Source: an uncultured Lachnospiraceae bacterium
Lineage (GTDB): Bacteria > Bacillota > Clostridia > Lachnospirales > Lachnospiraceae
Direction of reading: 5' to 3'
Assembly: GCA_902781325.1 (NCBI GenBank)
Contig: CACZJD010000003.1
Span: 3,642 to 67,641 of the forward strand
DNA length: 64,000 bases
In this document: positions 27,792 to 37,250 of the stretch, in pieces
Numbering within the stretch: the stretch's first letter is position 1
How the letters are laid out: each line of letters opens with the position of its first letter
The notes under the pieces: model-generated
What the model was told of the DNA's origin: nothing
Databases searched by the model: none
Seen by the model: the letters and a program-made list of their open reading frames with translations, nothing else
Program-made: the position numbers and the translations under genes

Positions 27792-30623
27792 ATGAGCGAA
27801 TCAGTATTTAGCACAAAGGTTTATGCTTCCGTTGCCCGCAAGGCCCAGGCGGAAGGAATCGTCATGCTTGAGAACAGGGACAACGCGCTTCCTCTCGCGA
27901 AGGGAAGCCGGATCGCCCTGTTCGGGCGAAGCCAGTTCCGGTATTACAAGAGCGGCACCGGATCCGGGGGCATGGTCAACACGACATATGTGACCGGCGT
28001 CAGGGAAGCTATTCTTGAAAGGGAAGCCTATGCGCTCGCCCCCTCTCTCGAAAAAGCCTACGGGGAATGGCTCCCGGATCATCCTTTCGACGAGGGATGC
28101 GGCTGGGGAACGGAGCCCTGGTTCCAGGAGGAGATGGAGCCCTCGGAGGAACTGGTACAGGCAGCGGTCTCAGAGGCAGACGCCGCGATCGTGATAATCG
28201 GAAGGACCGCCGGAGAGGATCAGGACAACAAGCCCGAAGGCGGCAGCTACTACCTTACTGAACAGGAGGAAAAGATGCTGGAGAGAGTCTGCGCGGCTTT
28301 TCCCCGCACCATTGTTCTTCTCAACGTGGGCAATATCATCGACATGAAATGGGTGGCAAAATATCGCCCGGCAGCGGTCCTCTACATCTGGCAGGGCGGC
28401 CAGGAGGGCGGAAACGGAGTCCTGGACGTGCTGACGGGGGAGGTCTCTCCCAGCGGTAAACTGACGGATACGATTGCGTATAATGTCAGCGACTATCCTT
28501 CTGACAAGGGCTTTGGTGATCCCGACAGGAATTTCTATGCGGAAGATATCTATGTGGGGTATCGATATTTTGAAACCTTCGCGAAGGAGAAGGTCCTCTA
28601 TCCCTTCGGGTTCGGACTCTCCTATACAAACTTCGAAGTCCGCGGACTCGGAATGGAGAGTGCGGGGGACGACACGATCAATTTCCGGGTCAGAGTTGTG
28701 AATACCGGTGATGCCGCCGGCAAAGAAGTGGTGCAGATCTACTGCGAGGCACCTCAGGGAAAGCTCGGAAAGCCCGCCAGAGTGCTGTGCGCCTACAGAA
28801 AGACCATCAACCTGGATCCCGGGGAGCATCAGGACCTGCGCCTGAAAGTGCCGGTGAGAGCGATCGCGAGTTACGATGACAGCGGAGTGACAGGCTATAA
28901 GTCCTGCTGGGTCCTCGAGGAGGGCGAGTATGTATTCCATCTTGGCAGCAGCGTGAGAGACACAAAGCCCTGCGGGAGCTTCCGGCTAAGCGGTACAGCC
29001 CCCATCGAACAGCTCGAGGAGGCGATGGCGCCGATCCTTGCATTTGACAGAATGAGACCCGCGCGGAAAGCAGATGCAGCCGGAGAGGAAAGCCCTTATG
29101 AACTGACCTATGAGCCTGTCCCGCTGAGGACCGTGCCGCCCCTTGAAAGAAGAGCACAGAGACTTCCGGCGGAGATTGCCTATACCGGAGACAAGGGCTG
29201 GAAACTCTGCGACGTCGGAGACGGCAAGGTGTCCATGGATGATTTCCTCGCGCAGCTCACCGACGAAGACCTGATCTGCCTCACCAGAGGTGAGGGCATG
29301 TGTTCCCCCAAGGTCACTCCCGGCACAGCGGCGGCTTTCGGCGGCGTAACAGACAGGCTGCTCGGCTTCGGCATACCTCTCGGCTGCTGCTCCGACGGAC
29401 CCAGCGGGATCCGCATGGACAGCGGGACAAAGGCATTTTCGATGCCCTCCGGCACCTGTCTTGCCTGCACCTGGAACAATGTGCTGGTCAAGGAACTCTA
29501 CAACTGGGAGGGACTGGAACTGCGCAAGAACCGCATCGATTCCCTGCTCGGACCCGGCATGAATATCCACAGACATCCATTGAACGGCAGAAATTTCGAG
29601 TATTTTTCAGAAGATCCTTTCCTCACGGGAAAAATGGCAGTCGTGCAGCTGCGCGGCATGCGCGAGAGCATGGCGGCAGGCACGATCAAGCATTTCTGCG
29701 CCAACAACCAGGAGTACCGCCGCATGAAGGCGGACAGCGTCATATCGGAGAGAGCGCTCAGGGAAATTTATCTCAAGGGATTTGAGATCGCGGTCCGTGA
29801 AGGCGCGGCGACATCCGTCATGACTACTTACGGATCGGTGAACGGGTCGTGGACAGCTTCCCAGTACGATCTTTTGACGACGATCCTGCGCGGCCAGTTC
29901 GGATTCGGCGGCATTGTCATGACTGACTGGTGGGCGGCCGGAAGCGAGGAGAACGGTCCCGAGAGCATCAAACAGACTTCCACGATGATAAGAGCCCAGA
30001 ATGATCTGTACATGGTCACTTTCAGCTCTGAAAAGAACGCGAACGGTGACGATACGGCCGAGGGACTGGCAGAAGGAAGGATCACAAGGGGAGAACTGCA
30101 GAGAGCAGCCCGCAATATCTGTCGTTTCCTCATCGACACGCCGGCTTATCTGCGTATGTACGGAAGAGAGACCGACCTCGACAGAAGCCTTGAAAAGGCA
30201 AGGGAAGAAGAGGAGCGCAGCGGCGGCACCACGATCAGTGTCCGGGTAGAAAAGAGCTGCGTGATTCCCGCGGACAAGATCATGACGGGCAAGGGCTCCA
30301 TGAACATCATCGAAGTGCAGATATCGGAGAGAGGAACCTACCTTCTCGAGGCGGAGGTTCGCTCGGAACTGGATAACGCCCTGGCGCAGATCCCGATGTC
30401 TGTATCGATCGGCTCTCACGCCATCGAGACGGTTTCTCTGTCCGGAGCTGAGAATGAGTGGAAGAAGATCTCCATCGAGCTTCCTTCCGTCATGAGTTTT
30501 ACATTTTACTTAAAGGTATTTTTTGCACTGGGAGGCATGGGGATCCGCAGCGTAAGGCTGTCTCTCCTGGAGTCTCAGGAAGGAGATGTGGCGGACCACC
30601 TCTCCGGAAGACAGACTGATTGA
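27792..30623 (+). CDS. GH3 beta-glucosidase with permuted domain order
   Basis: Begins with the GH3 C-domain (EGIVMLEN, YPFGFGLSYT) and FnIII, then the barrel (DGPSGIR, GRNFEYFSEDP, KHF, MTDWW); no signal peptide. Confidence 0.92.
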   Translation: MSESVFSTKVYASVARKAQAEGIVMLENRDNALPLAKGSRIALFGRSQFRYYKSGTGSGGMVNTTYVTGVREAILEREAYALAPSLEKAYGEWLPDHPFDEGCGWGTEPWFQEEMEPSEELVQAAVSEADAAIVIIGRTAGEDQDNKPEGGSYYLTEQEEKMLERVCAAFPRTIVLLNVGNIIDMKWVAKYRPAAVLYIWQGGQEGGNGVLDVLTGEVSPSGKLTDTIAYNVSDYPSDKGFGDPDRNFYAEDIYVGYRYFETFAKEKVLYPFGFGLSYTNFEVRGLGMESAGDDTINFRVRVVNTGDAAGKEVVQIYCEAPQGKLGKPARVLCAYRKTINLDPGEHQDLRLKVPVRAIASYDDSGVTGYKSCWVLEEGEYVFHLGSSVRDTKPCGSFRLSGTAPIEQLEEAMAPILAFDRMRPARKADAAGEESPYELTYEPVPLRTVPPLERRAQRLPAEIAYTGDKGWKLCDVGDGKVSMDDFLAQLTDEDLICLTRGEGMCSPKVTPGTAAAFGGVTDRLLGFGIPLGCCSDGPSGIRMDSGTKAFSMPSGTCLACTWNNVLVKELYNWEGLELRKNRIDSLLGPGMNIHRHPLNGRNFEYFSEDPFLTGKMAVVQLRGMRESMAAGTIKHFCANNQEYRRMKADSVISERALREIYLKGFEIAVREGAATSVMTTYGSVNGSWTASQYDLLTTILRGQFGFGGIVMTDWWAAGSEENGPESIKQTSTMIRAQNDLYMVTFSSEKNANGDDTAEGLAEGRITRGELQRAARNICRFLIDTPAYLRMYGRETDLDRSLEKAREEEERSGGTTISVRVEKSCVIPADKIMTGKGSMNIIEVQISERGTYLLEAEVRSELDNALAQIPMSVSIGSHAIETVSLSGAENEWKKISIELPSVMSFTFYLKVFFALGGMGIRSVRLSLLESQEGDVADHLSGRQTD

Positions 30624-31063
30624 GCAGGAGGCTTGATTTGGATAAGATTAAAGAACTGTATTTGAAGTATAAGGAAATCATCAACTACCTGATTGTCGGT
30701 GTCCTGACCACTGTGGTGAGCCTGACGGTCTATTACGGGCTTGTCCTGACAGTCCTCGACCCGCAAAACCCTATTCAGCTTCAGGCTGCCAATATAGTAT
30801 CCTGGGTCTGCGCGGTGATATTCGCCTACTGGGCGAACCGTAAATTCGTGTTTGAGAGCAAGAGCACGGAGATTGTAAAAGAAGCGGGCGCTTTCGTCAC
30901 GGCGAGGATCGGGACCCTTGTGATGGACATGGTGTTCATGTTTGTGACTGTGTCTCTCTTCGGGATGAACGACAAGGTGGCCAAGCTCCTGGATCAGGTG
31001 ATGGTAACCATTGCGAACTATGTTTTCAGCAAACTCTTTGTTTTTAAGGATAAAAAGGAGTAA
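30620..31063 (+). CDS. GtrA-family protein (putative Und-P-sugar flippase)
   Basis: 147 aa, 4 TMs, YLIVGVLTT, NRKFVF, NYVFSKLFVF. Confidence 0.9.
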   Translation: MSRRLDLDKIKELYLKYKEIINYLIVGVLTTVVSLTVYYGLVLTVLDPQNPIQLQAANIVSWVCAVIFAYWANRKFVFESKSTEIVKEAGAFVTARIGTLVMDMVFMFVTVSLFGMNDKVAKLLDQVMVTIANYVFSKLFVFKDKKE

Positions 31064-31069
31064 GTCTTT

Positions 31070-31975
31070 ATGAAGCTGATGGTCTTTGACGTGGGTGGAA
31101 CCGAGATCAAATACTGTGTTATGGATGAATCTCTTGAGAGAGAAAAAGCCGGCAGTGTGCCGACTCCGATGGGCTCTCAGGAGGAGTTTTTCGACCTGCT
31201 CTGCAGTCTCTATGAGCCCTACAAAGAGGAAACAGAAGGGATCGCCATGTGTCTTCCGGGCTTTATCGACAGCGAAAAGGGCAGGTGCCTGGGCGGCGGC
31301 GCGCTTCGCTATAATCACGGCAGGGATGTGGCAGGTCCGCTGTCCGAAAGAACAGGGGCGGAAGTCCGCATCGCCAACGACGGCAAGTGCGCGGCGCTGG
31401 CTGAACTCCGTGCCGGATCCCTGAAGGGCTGCCGCAACGCGAGTGTCTATATCATCGGAACCGGCGTCGGGGGCGGTCTTATAATCAACGGAGAGATCCT
31501 GAACGGAAGTCACTTCACGGCGGGAGAATTCAGTTTCATGCGCCTCACAAATACGGACTGGCACGACCCCGGAACTACCGTCGGCATGGTCTGCAGTACA
31601 ACTGGTCTTTTGGATCTGAACCGCAGATTCGTCAACTTCAGCACTGATCCGCTCATAACCGGCAGGCAGTTTTTCGAAAGGGTAAATGCCGGGGACGCTA
31701 TGTCCCTGAAGGTCCTGCGCAGATTCTGCATGCAGGTCGCCATGCAGATCGCAAACCTCACGATCCTTCTGGATCTGGAAAAAGTGGCTGTAGGAGGCGG
31801 GATCAGCAGCCAGCCGATCCTTCTTGAGACCATTCAGGAATGTCTGGATGAGATCTACAGTGACCCCGGGCCCTATTTTGACCCGGCGCTGCCCAAGACA
31901 GAGCTCGTCAGCTGCGGATATGGGAGCGAGGCGAACCTTGTGGGGGCGTATTTCAATTATGTGGAGGCAAGATAA
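31070..31975 (+). CDS. ROK-family sugar kinase
   Basis: FDVGGTEIK, NDGKCAALAE, GTGVGGG, AGEF, ANLVGA; no N-terminal HTH. Confidence 0.88.
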   Translation: MKLMVFDVGGTEIKYCVMDESLEREKAGSVPTPMGSQEEFFDLLCSLYEPYKEETEGIAMCLPGFIDSEKGRCLGGGALRYNHGRDVAGPLSERTGAEVRIANDGKCAALAELRAGSLKGCRNASVYIIGTGVGGGLIINGEILNGSHFTAGEFSFMRLTNTDWHDPGTTVGMVCSTTGLLDLNRRFVNFSTDPLITGRQFFERVNAGDAMSLKVLRRFCMQVAMQIANLTILLDLEKVAVGGGISSQPILLETIQECLDEIYSDPGPYFDPALPKTELVSCGYGSEANLVGAYFNYVEAR

Positions 31976-31976
31976 T

Positions 31977-32012
31977 AAAAAGGGCTGCCGCGCTGATGCG
32001 GCAGCCTTTTTT
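31977..32012. terminator. Bidirectional terminator (repeat copy A)
   Basis: AAAAAGGGCTGCCGC-gctgat-GCGGCAGCCTTTTTT. Confidence 0.85.
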
Positions 32013-32019
32013 ATTGTCC

Positions 32020-32904
32020 TTACAGACATCCGAATTCCACCATAGCTTTCCTGAGCACTTCCTGATGCGCAGGCTCCATCTCCGTCAGCGGAAGTCTGGG
32101 ACGTCCCACCGCGTAGCCCTGCATGCACAGCGCGGCCTTTACAGGGATGGGATTGACCTCGCAGAACAGCGCGTTTACAAGATCCAGGGACTTGAACTGC
32201 AGCTTGCGTGCCTCGTCGTAGCGGTTTGCCAGGCAGTACGCTACCATGTCGTGGGTCTCCTTGGGCGCTACGTTGGAGAGCACGGAGATCACGCCGATAC
32301 CTCCCAGAGAGCAGATCGGAACGATCTGGTCGTCGTTGCCCGAATAGATATCGATGATGCCGTCTCCGAGCGTTGCGAGTTTGGCAACCTGACTGATGTT
32401 GCCCGATGCCTCTTTGATCGCCACGATATTCTCAACTTCCTTTGCAAGCCTGACGGCCGTCTCGGGCAGGATGTTGGATCCCGTTCTGGACGGAACGTTG
32501 TAAAGAACGCAGGGGATATCGATCGCGCCGGCGATCGCCGAGAAGTGCTGGAACAGTCCGTTCTGTGTCGCCTTGTTGTAATAGGGTGCAACGAGAAGGC
32601 AGCCGTCAGCGCCGAGCTGCTGAGCTTCTTTGGACATCATGATCGCGTGGGCGGTATTGTTGGATCCCGTTCCGGCAATGACAGGGATCCTGCCCGCTGT
32701 CTTCTCAACCGTGTACCGGATCGCCTCCAGATGCTCGTCGTCTTCAAGCGTCGGCGCCTCGCCGGACGTTCCGCAGATAATGATCGCATCTGTGTGGCCG
32801 GCGATCTGGTCCTCGATCAGCGCGCCCAGCACCTCATAATTGATCTCTCCGTTGTCTTTCATGGGCGTTACAATAGCGACACCCGCGCCTTTGAAAATTG
32901 CCAT
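32020..32904 (-). CDS. dapA: 4-hydroxy-tetrahydrodipicolinate synthase
   Basis: GTSGE, PYYNK, LYNVPSRTG, IKEASG, NPIPVK. Confidence 0.95.
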   Translation of the reverse strand: MAIFKGAGVAIVTPMKDNGEINYEVLGALIEDQIAGHTDAIIICGTSGEAPTLEDDEHLEAIRYTVEKTAGRIPVIAGTGSNNTAHAIMMSKEAQQLGADGCLLVAPYYNKATQNGLFQHFSAIAGAIDIPCVLYNVPSRTGSNILPETAVRLAKEVENIVAIKEASGNISQVAKLATLGDGIIDIYSGNDDQIVPICSLGGIGVISVLSNVAPKETHDMVAYCLANRYDEARKLQFKSLDLVNALFCEVNPIPVKAALCMQGYAVGRPRLPLTEMEPAHQEVLRKAMVEFGCL

Positions 32905-32950
32905 TTCGATTCTCCTTTTTTATTTTAAACATTCACACACTTTTTCCGGT

Positions 32951-34153
32951 TTACATTCCGTGTCCGAGCGCGATCAGATAGATCAGGTAATAGATGCCGG
33001 ACACCAGATGCAGCGCCAGGACGATGGTCGCCAGCACAAATCCGGCGCCCCTCTTGTTGCCTGTCATCTGCTCGCTGAAGTAGAGCTTGAGGTAACTTCT
33101 GACAGCGGTATACCAGACCAGATAGACCGCCAGCATGTATCCCCACGAGAAGTTTCCGTGGTAAGTCCGCTCTCCCTTTTCAGCCAGGAACAGCCTCCAC
33201 ACAAGGCCCCACAAAAGCATGAGCCATGCGAAAATATCGCCCCAGGACACGCTCTTTCTGATCGCCGAGAGGACCAGCATCAGGAGAGGGAAAGCCAGAA
33301 GGAGCAGCATGGAGATCGCAATGGAGGGGGTCCTGGCTCCCGCCACGACAAAGGGAGCGATCGTAATGCCGCCGGATTTGGAGTTCCCGCCGTAGAAAGC
33401 GATAACGAACTGAAGGATCATGACCGCCAGAGACGGAAGGCACATCAGCAAGAGCTGGATAGCCGTTCTGAGATTCTTGCCCTTGTACATGATCAGCCAG
33501 ATGACCATCAGCGTGAAGATCGCGGGATAGTACACCTGAACGAAGCTCGGTTTCGCAAGGCAGGAAAGGATCAGCAGGATTGACGTAAGTATGGCTCTGC
33601 CTGCAGGAATGCTGTTCTCAAACTCCTCCTTATTCGCCTGTATGACTATAGAAGCCGTCAGTACAAAGACCAGGAGCGCGATCGGTCTGACCGCGATCGT
33701 TGTGGGATTATGCCAGATATTCGGAGTGCCCTGCCCGAGATAGGGCTCTTTGTTGAACATGGGCACATAGATCGCAGCGACGAGGTGCAGGACCAGGTCG
33801 AGGCCTGCGATCTCATGGGACTCAAGTCCGGGCACCGTCCTGCGGATTGCCGCAAAGGCGACGATATAAGTCAGCACGATCAATAATCCCGACACGAGGC
33901 CCGCCGCGATCTCCACTCTGCAGTGAAAGAGCTTTACTGCCGCGTAAGTCATCAGATGCCAGAGCGGCTCCGGATGGGCTTTGAAGAGGCCGATGGGATC
34001 TCCGGGCGTAAGGCTCAGGGCGATCTCTTCATGAGGGCCGTAGTCGATACCTACCAGTGCTGTGAGAAAACCGCAGGTGAACAGGATCATCAGGCTGATC
34101 GCGATCATGACCCATCCTGTCCCGCTGATCTTTCTCTTTTGAGTGTTTTCCAT
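32951..34153 (-). CDS. Hypothetical multi-pass membrane protein (possible GT-C fold)
   Basis: 400 aa, about 11 TMs, DYGPH after TM1, WHNPT, KPSF, HGNFSWG motifs; AGGAGG RBS. Confidence 0.7.
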   Translation of the reverse strand: MENTQKRKISGTGWVMIAISLMILFTCGFLTALVGIDYGPHEEIALSLTPGDPIGLFKAHPEPLWHLMTYAAVKLFHCRVEIAAGLVSGLLIVLTYIVAFAAIRRTVPGLESHEIAGLDLVLHLVAAIYVPMFNKEPYLGQGTPNIWHNPTTIAVRPIALLVFVLTASIVIQANKEEFENSIPAGRAILTSILLILSCLAKPSFVQVYYPAIFTLMVIWLIMYKGKNLRTAIQLLLMCLPSLAVMILQFVIAFYGGNSKSGGITIAPFVVAGARTPSIAISMLLLLAFPLLMLVLSAIRKSVSWGDIFAWLMLLWGLVWRLFLAEKGERTYHGNFSWGYMLAVYLVWYTAVRSYLKLYFSEQMTGNKRGAGFVLATIVLALHLVSGIYYLIYLIALGHGM

Positions 34154-34342
34154 AAGTGTCCTCCTGAGTCAGCAGTTCATAAACTTGCATATGATATTAT
34201 TATACGCTTTTTTCCCTCTTCCGACAGACTGTAACCGCACTTTATTTCCTCCTGTTCCCTTTTTGTGTCTCCCGCCTTGTTTGCCCCTGCGTCATGCTGT
34301 TGTATAATAAAAGCAGCTTATGATAATCACGGAGGTAGTGTA

Positions 34343-35959
34343 ATGTCTTATTATTCGTCCGATGACCCGCGCCCCTCATCCGCCGGCCGTATACGGCCGG
34401 CAGCGGTCTTATTCTGGATCCTGATCATACTCGCACCCTTTATAAGCGCCGCTCTTTTGCAGCTTCTGACGGGCACCTCCGCTCTCAGGCTGGACGCCTG
34501 GAACACCGCATGGAATGACGAAGTCGGCTATTTTCGCGTGATCCGGCTTCTCCGCTACGAGTTCTATCCAAGGGGCATGTACGGCTTCAACGAGGACGCG
34601 CCCGCGAATCTGGCGTACGGGCCTTACAATATTTTTACTTATCTGCCTTATTTTTTCCTGTCCTTTTTTACAGGTGTGGAAGGCCACAATTTCATCTATT
34701 ACAGCAACGCGGCTCTTGCCGTCCTGGCAGGTCTCTTCTATGCCCTTTTAGTGCGTCCCAAGGCGAAAGAAGGCTTTTTCACGGCGCTCTTTCTTGTCAC
34801 CTACCTTGTGGCAGGGCGTTACATCTGGTCCGGCATGACGGAGAGCAGCTACAACTTCTTTCTGATCCTGTTTACGGCACTGGTACTGTGGATGATCAGG
34901 CACCCGTTCGCACCGGCTTCCTCGCAGAAAGCGGCCCTGCTTGCGATGATCCTGATCGTCTTTTTCTGGAATACTATGCGCCCGTATTATTTCCCGCTGC
35001 TTCTGATTCCCGTATATATGATATTCCGGCAAAAAAGTGCCCTTTCCGGCAGTGCCAGAGCACTTTTCTTCCTGCTCTGCGTTCTTTCTGCCGCAGCCTC
35101 GGTGGGTCTGTTTTTTTTCTTTACGGGTTACAATGTCGCGCGTTATTTCTTTGACAGCACGCAGACGGAAACGCTGAAGCAGCTGCTCAGCAGCGGCTCC
35201 CCGGTGAAGATGGCCGAGCAGATCCTGCGGGCCAATCTGGATGCCCTGAGGGAGATCAAAGGCTACCTGTCTGCCAGCAGGTGGGCCGGAGGCATTCCCC
35301 TTCTGTATTTTGCCCAGTCCTTACTGCTGCTGATCCTGCTGATCCGCTCTCTGTATGCCGGAGACAAAAAAAGAGACGGCCGTTGCGCCGTGATCTTCTT
35401 CATGCTTCTCGGAGGCGCCGCGATCTATGAGGCCAACGTCGTCCTGTACAGCCCCATACAGCTGCACCGAATGATGCTTTCCGTCACTTTGGCTTACGGG
35501 CTCCTTCTCATTGAACTTGGCGGCGGGGAGAACACGATCGGTTTCGAGCGGATCGCCGGCGAGATCGCTCTTTTGGCGGTAATGGCTTTCTTCGTTGTGA
35601 GGGCTCCGGAGAATTTCCGGCTGCCGCAGATCGACGAAAGAACGCTCAGTACAGCGGACGAGCAGGCACTGGAGATTGAATTCCGGGGGATCCTGCCCCT
35701 TGAGAATGATCCATGGGACAACACAATTGCCAAACTTCCCGAATCCGAAAACCTGCAGTGGGAATACATGCTTCCCACCTATACTTCTCTCAATGTGTGC
35801 CAGACTGCCGTATTGGAAAAGCTTCTGACGAACGGAAGCGTCCGCAGCAAGTTTGTTCTTCTCTCTGAAAAGTCAGACCTGAACCGGATCTGTGAAAAAC
35901 AGAAATACCGGATCGTCTGGCAGGGCTATGACAGGATCATGTATCAGACGAGGGATTAG
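34343..35959 (+). CDS. Hypothetical multi-pass membrane protein (possible GT-C fold)
   Basis: WNDE motif in the first external loop, many TMs, soluble C-terminal domain; GGAGGT RBS before ATG 34343. Confidence 0.7.
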   Translation: MSYYSSDDPRPSSAGRIRPAAVLFWILIILAPFISAALLQLLTGTSALRLDAWNTAWNDEVGYFRVIRLLRYEFYPRGMYGFNEDAPANLAYGPYNIFTYLPYFFLSFFTGVEGHNFIYYSNAALAVLAGLFYALLVRPKAKEGFFTALFLVTYLVAGRYIWSGMTESSYNFFLILFTALVLWMIRHPFAPASSQKAALLAMILIVFFWNTMRPYYFPLLLIPVYMIFRQKSALSGSARALFFLLCVLSAAASVGLFFFFTGYNVARYFFDSTQTETLKQLLSSGSPVKMAEQILRANLDALREIKGYLSASRWAGGIPLLYFAQSLLLLILLIRSLYAGDKKRDGRCAVIFFMLLGGAAIYEANVVLYSPIQLHRMMLSVTLAYGLLLIELGGGENTIGFERIAGEIALLAVMAFFVVRAPENFRLPQIDERTLSTADEQALEIEFRGILPLENDPWDNTIAKLPESENLQWEYMLPTYTSLNVCQTAVLEKLLTNGSVRSKFVLLSEKSDLNRICEKQKYRIVWQGYDRIMYQTRD

Positions 35960-36007
35960 AGGCTTTTACCGCCGCTTCTGTAATCACACATCGGAAGGGT
36001 CCACGCA

Positions 36008-37201
36008 ATGAAACCATTTAATAAAAACAATCTCAACACCCCCTGGGTAGCATATACGATCGCGACCTGCTCCGCGGTAGTCCTCTTCTCGGTCCTGACG
36101 CATCTGGATGTCATCGGGCGCGTTTTACACGGCATTGGAAACTTTCTGTATCCCATTGTCCTCGCCGCGATCATCGCTTATATCCTCAATCCGCTTGTGG
36201 ATTTTTATAAAAAAACGCTTTTTGCCAATGTACCTTCCGAGAGACTGCGCGGCAATCTCTCTGTTTTCTGCGCGATCGTCTCTTTCCTGCTTGTAGCTCT
36301 GATCCTGCTGGTATCTCTGATCCCGCAGGTCATAAGCGGCATCGTGCAATTCGTAGGCAACTTCGACAGCTATGCCAGTTCCATGCAGCGCCTTCTGGGA
36401 CGCCTGAATGACTACGCCTTGGAAATGAATCTCGACATATCGGGACTGATCAACTCCAGCGGAAGTCTCCTCGATACCCTCAGCTCCCTGCTGCCCAGGA
36501 GCTTGAACAACATAGTCAACACTTCGATCAATCTGACTAAGAGTATCTTTGAAGCCGTGATCTCGTTTATTCTCGCAGTCTACTTTCTCAGCGCCAAGGA
36601 CAACATCAAGGCCGGCTTTAAATTCCTTCTCGAATCGGTCCTCTCTCCTTCCGTTTATCCGGGCACAATAGATTTCCTGAAGAACTGCCACAATATTATG
36701 CTCCGCTATATCATCTTTGATGTGCTGGACGGCATTATTATCGGCGTCTCCAACGGTTTGTTCATGGCAGCCGCCGGAATGCCATATGTGGTCCTTGTGT
36801 CCGTGCTGGTAGGTGTCACGAACATGGCCCCGACATTCGGTCCTTTCGTCGGAGGCATAGTGGGCGCTCTGATCCTGCTGCTTGTCAATCCCTGGTACGC
36901 CCTGTGGTTTCTTCTCTTTACCCTGATCCTGCAGACCATCGACGGCTATATTTTGAAGCCCAAGCTGTTCGGCGACTCTCTCGGGGTTCCCGCTGTCTGG
37001 GTCCTGGTCTCCATCATCTTCTTCGGAAGGCTCTTCGGGATCCTCGGCGTCATCATATCGATCCCGCTGGCAGCCATTGTGAACTACATCTACCAGACCC
37101 GCATCGTCAACAGACTGCGGAAGCGCCGCGAGAACAATGAACTGCAGCGAAGCATCCTCAAGGCGAAGGAGTCGGAGAGGGATCAATCTTTAGATGCATG
37201 A
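36008..37201 (+). CDS. AI-2E family transporter
   Basis: AYILNPLV, NMAPTFGP, QTIDGYILKPKLFG, FGILGVIISIP. Confidence 0.9.
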   Translation: MKPFNKNNLNTPWVAYTIATCSAVVLFSVLTHLDVIGRVLHGIGNFLYPIVLAAIIAYILNPLVDFYKKTLFANVPSERLRGNLSVFCAIVSFLLVALILLVSLIPQVISGIVQFVGNFDSYASSMQRLLGRLNDYALEMNLDISGLINSSGSLLDTLSSLLPRSLNNIVNTSINLTKSIFEAVISFILAVYFLSAKDNIKAGFKFLLESVLSPSVYPGTIDFLKNCHNIMLRYIIFDVLDGIIIGVSNGLFMAAAGMPYVVLVSVLVGVTNMAPTFGPFVGGIVGALILLLVNPWYALWFLLFTLILQTIDGYILKPKLFGDSLGVPAVWVLVSIIFFGRLFGILGVIISIPLAAIVNYIYQTRIVNRLRKRRENNELQRSILKAKESERDQSLDA

Positions 37202-37237
37202 AAAAAGGCTGCCGCATCAGCGCGGCAGCCCTCTTTT
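37201..37237. terminator. Bidirectional terminator (repeat copy B, inverted relative to A)
   Basis: AAAAAAGGCTGCCGC-atcagc-GCGGCAGCCCTCTTTT. Confidence 0.85.
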
Positions 37238-37250
37238 ATACAATTCAATA

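Noticed and set aside
25859-27814. 651-aa - strand ORF
   Set aside because: Antisense shadow of tex
36008-37201. AI-2E transporter as part of a luxS quorum-sensing system
   Set aside because: 32 kb from luxS; the family is broad and mostly not shown to transport AI-2
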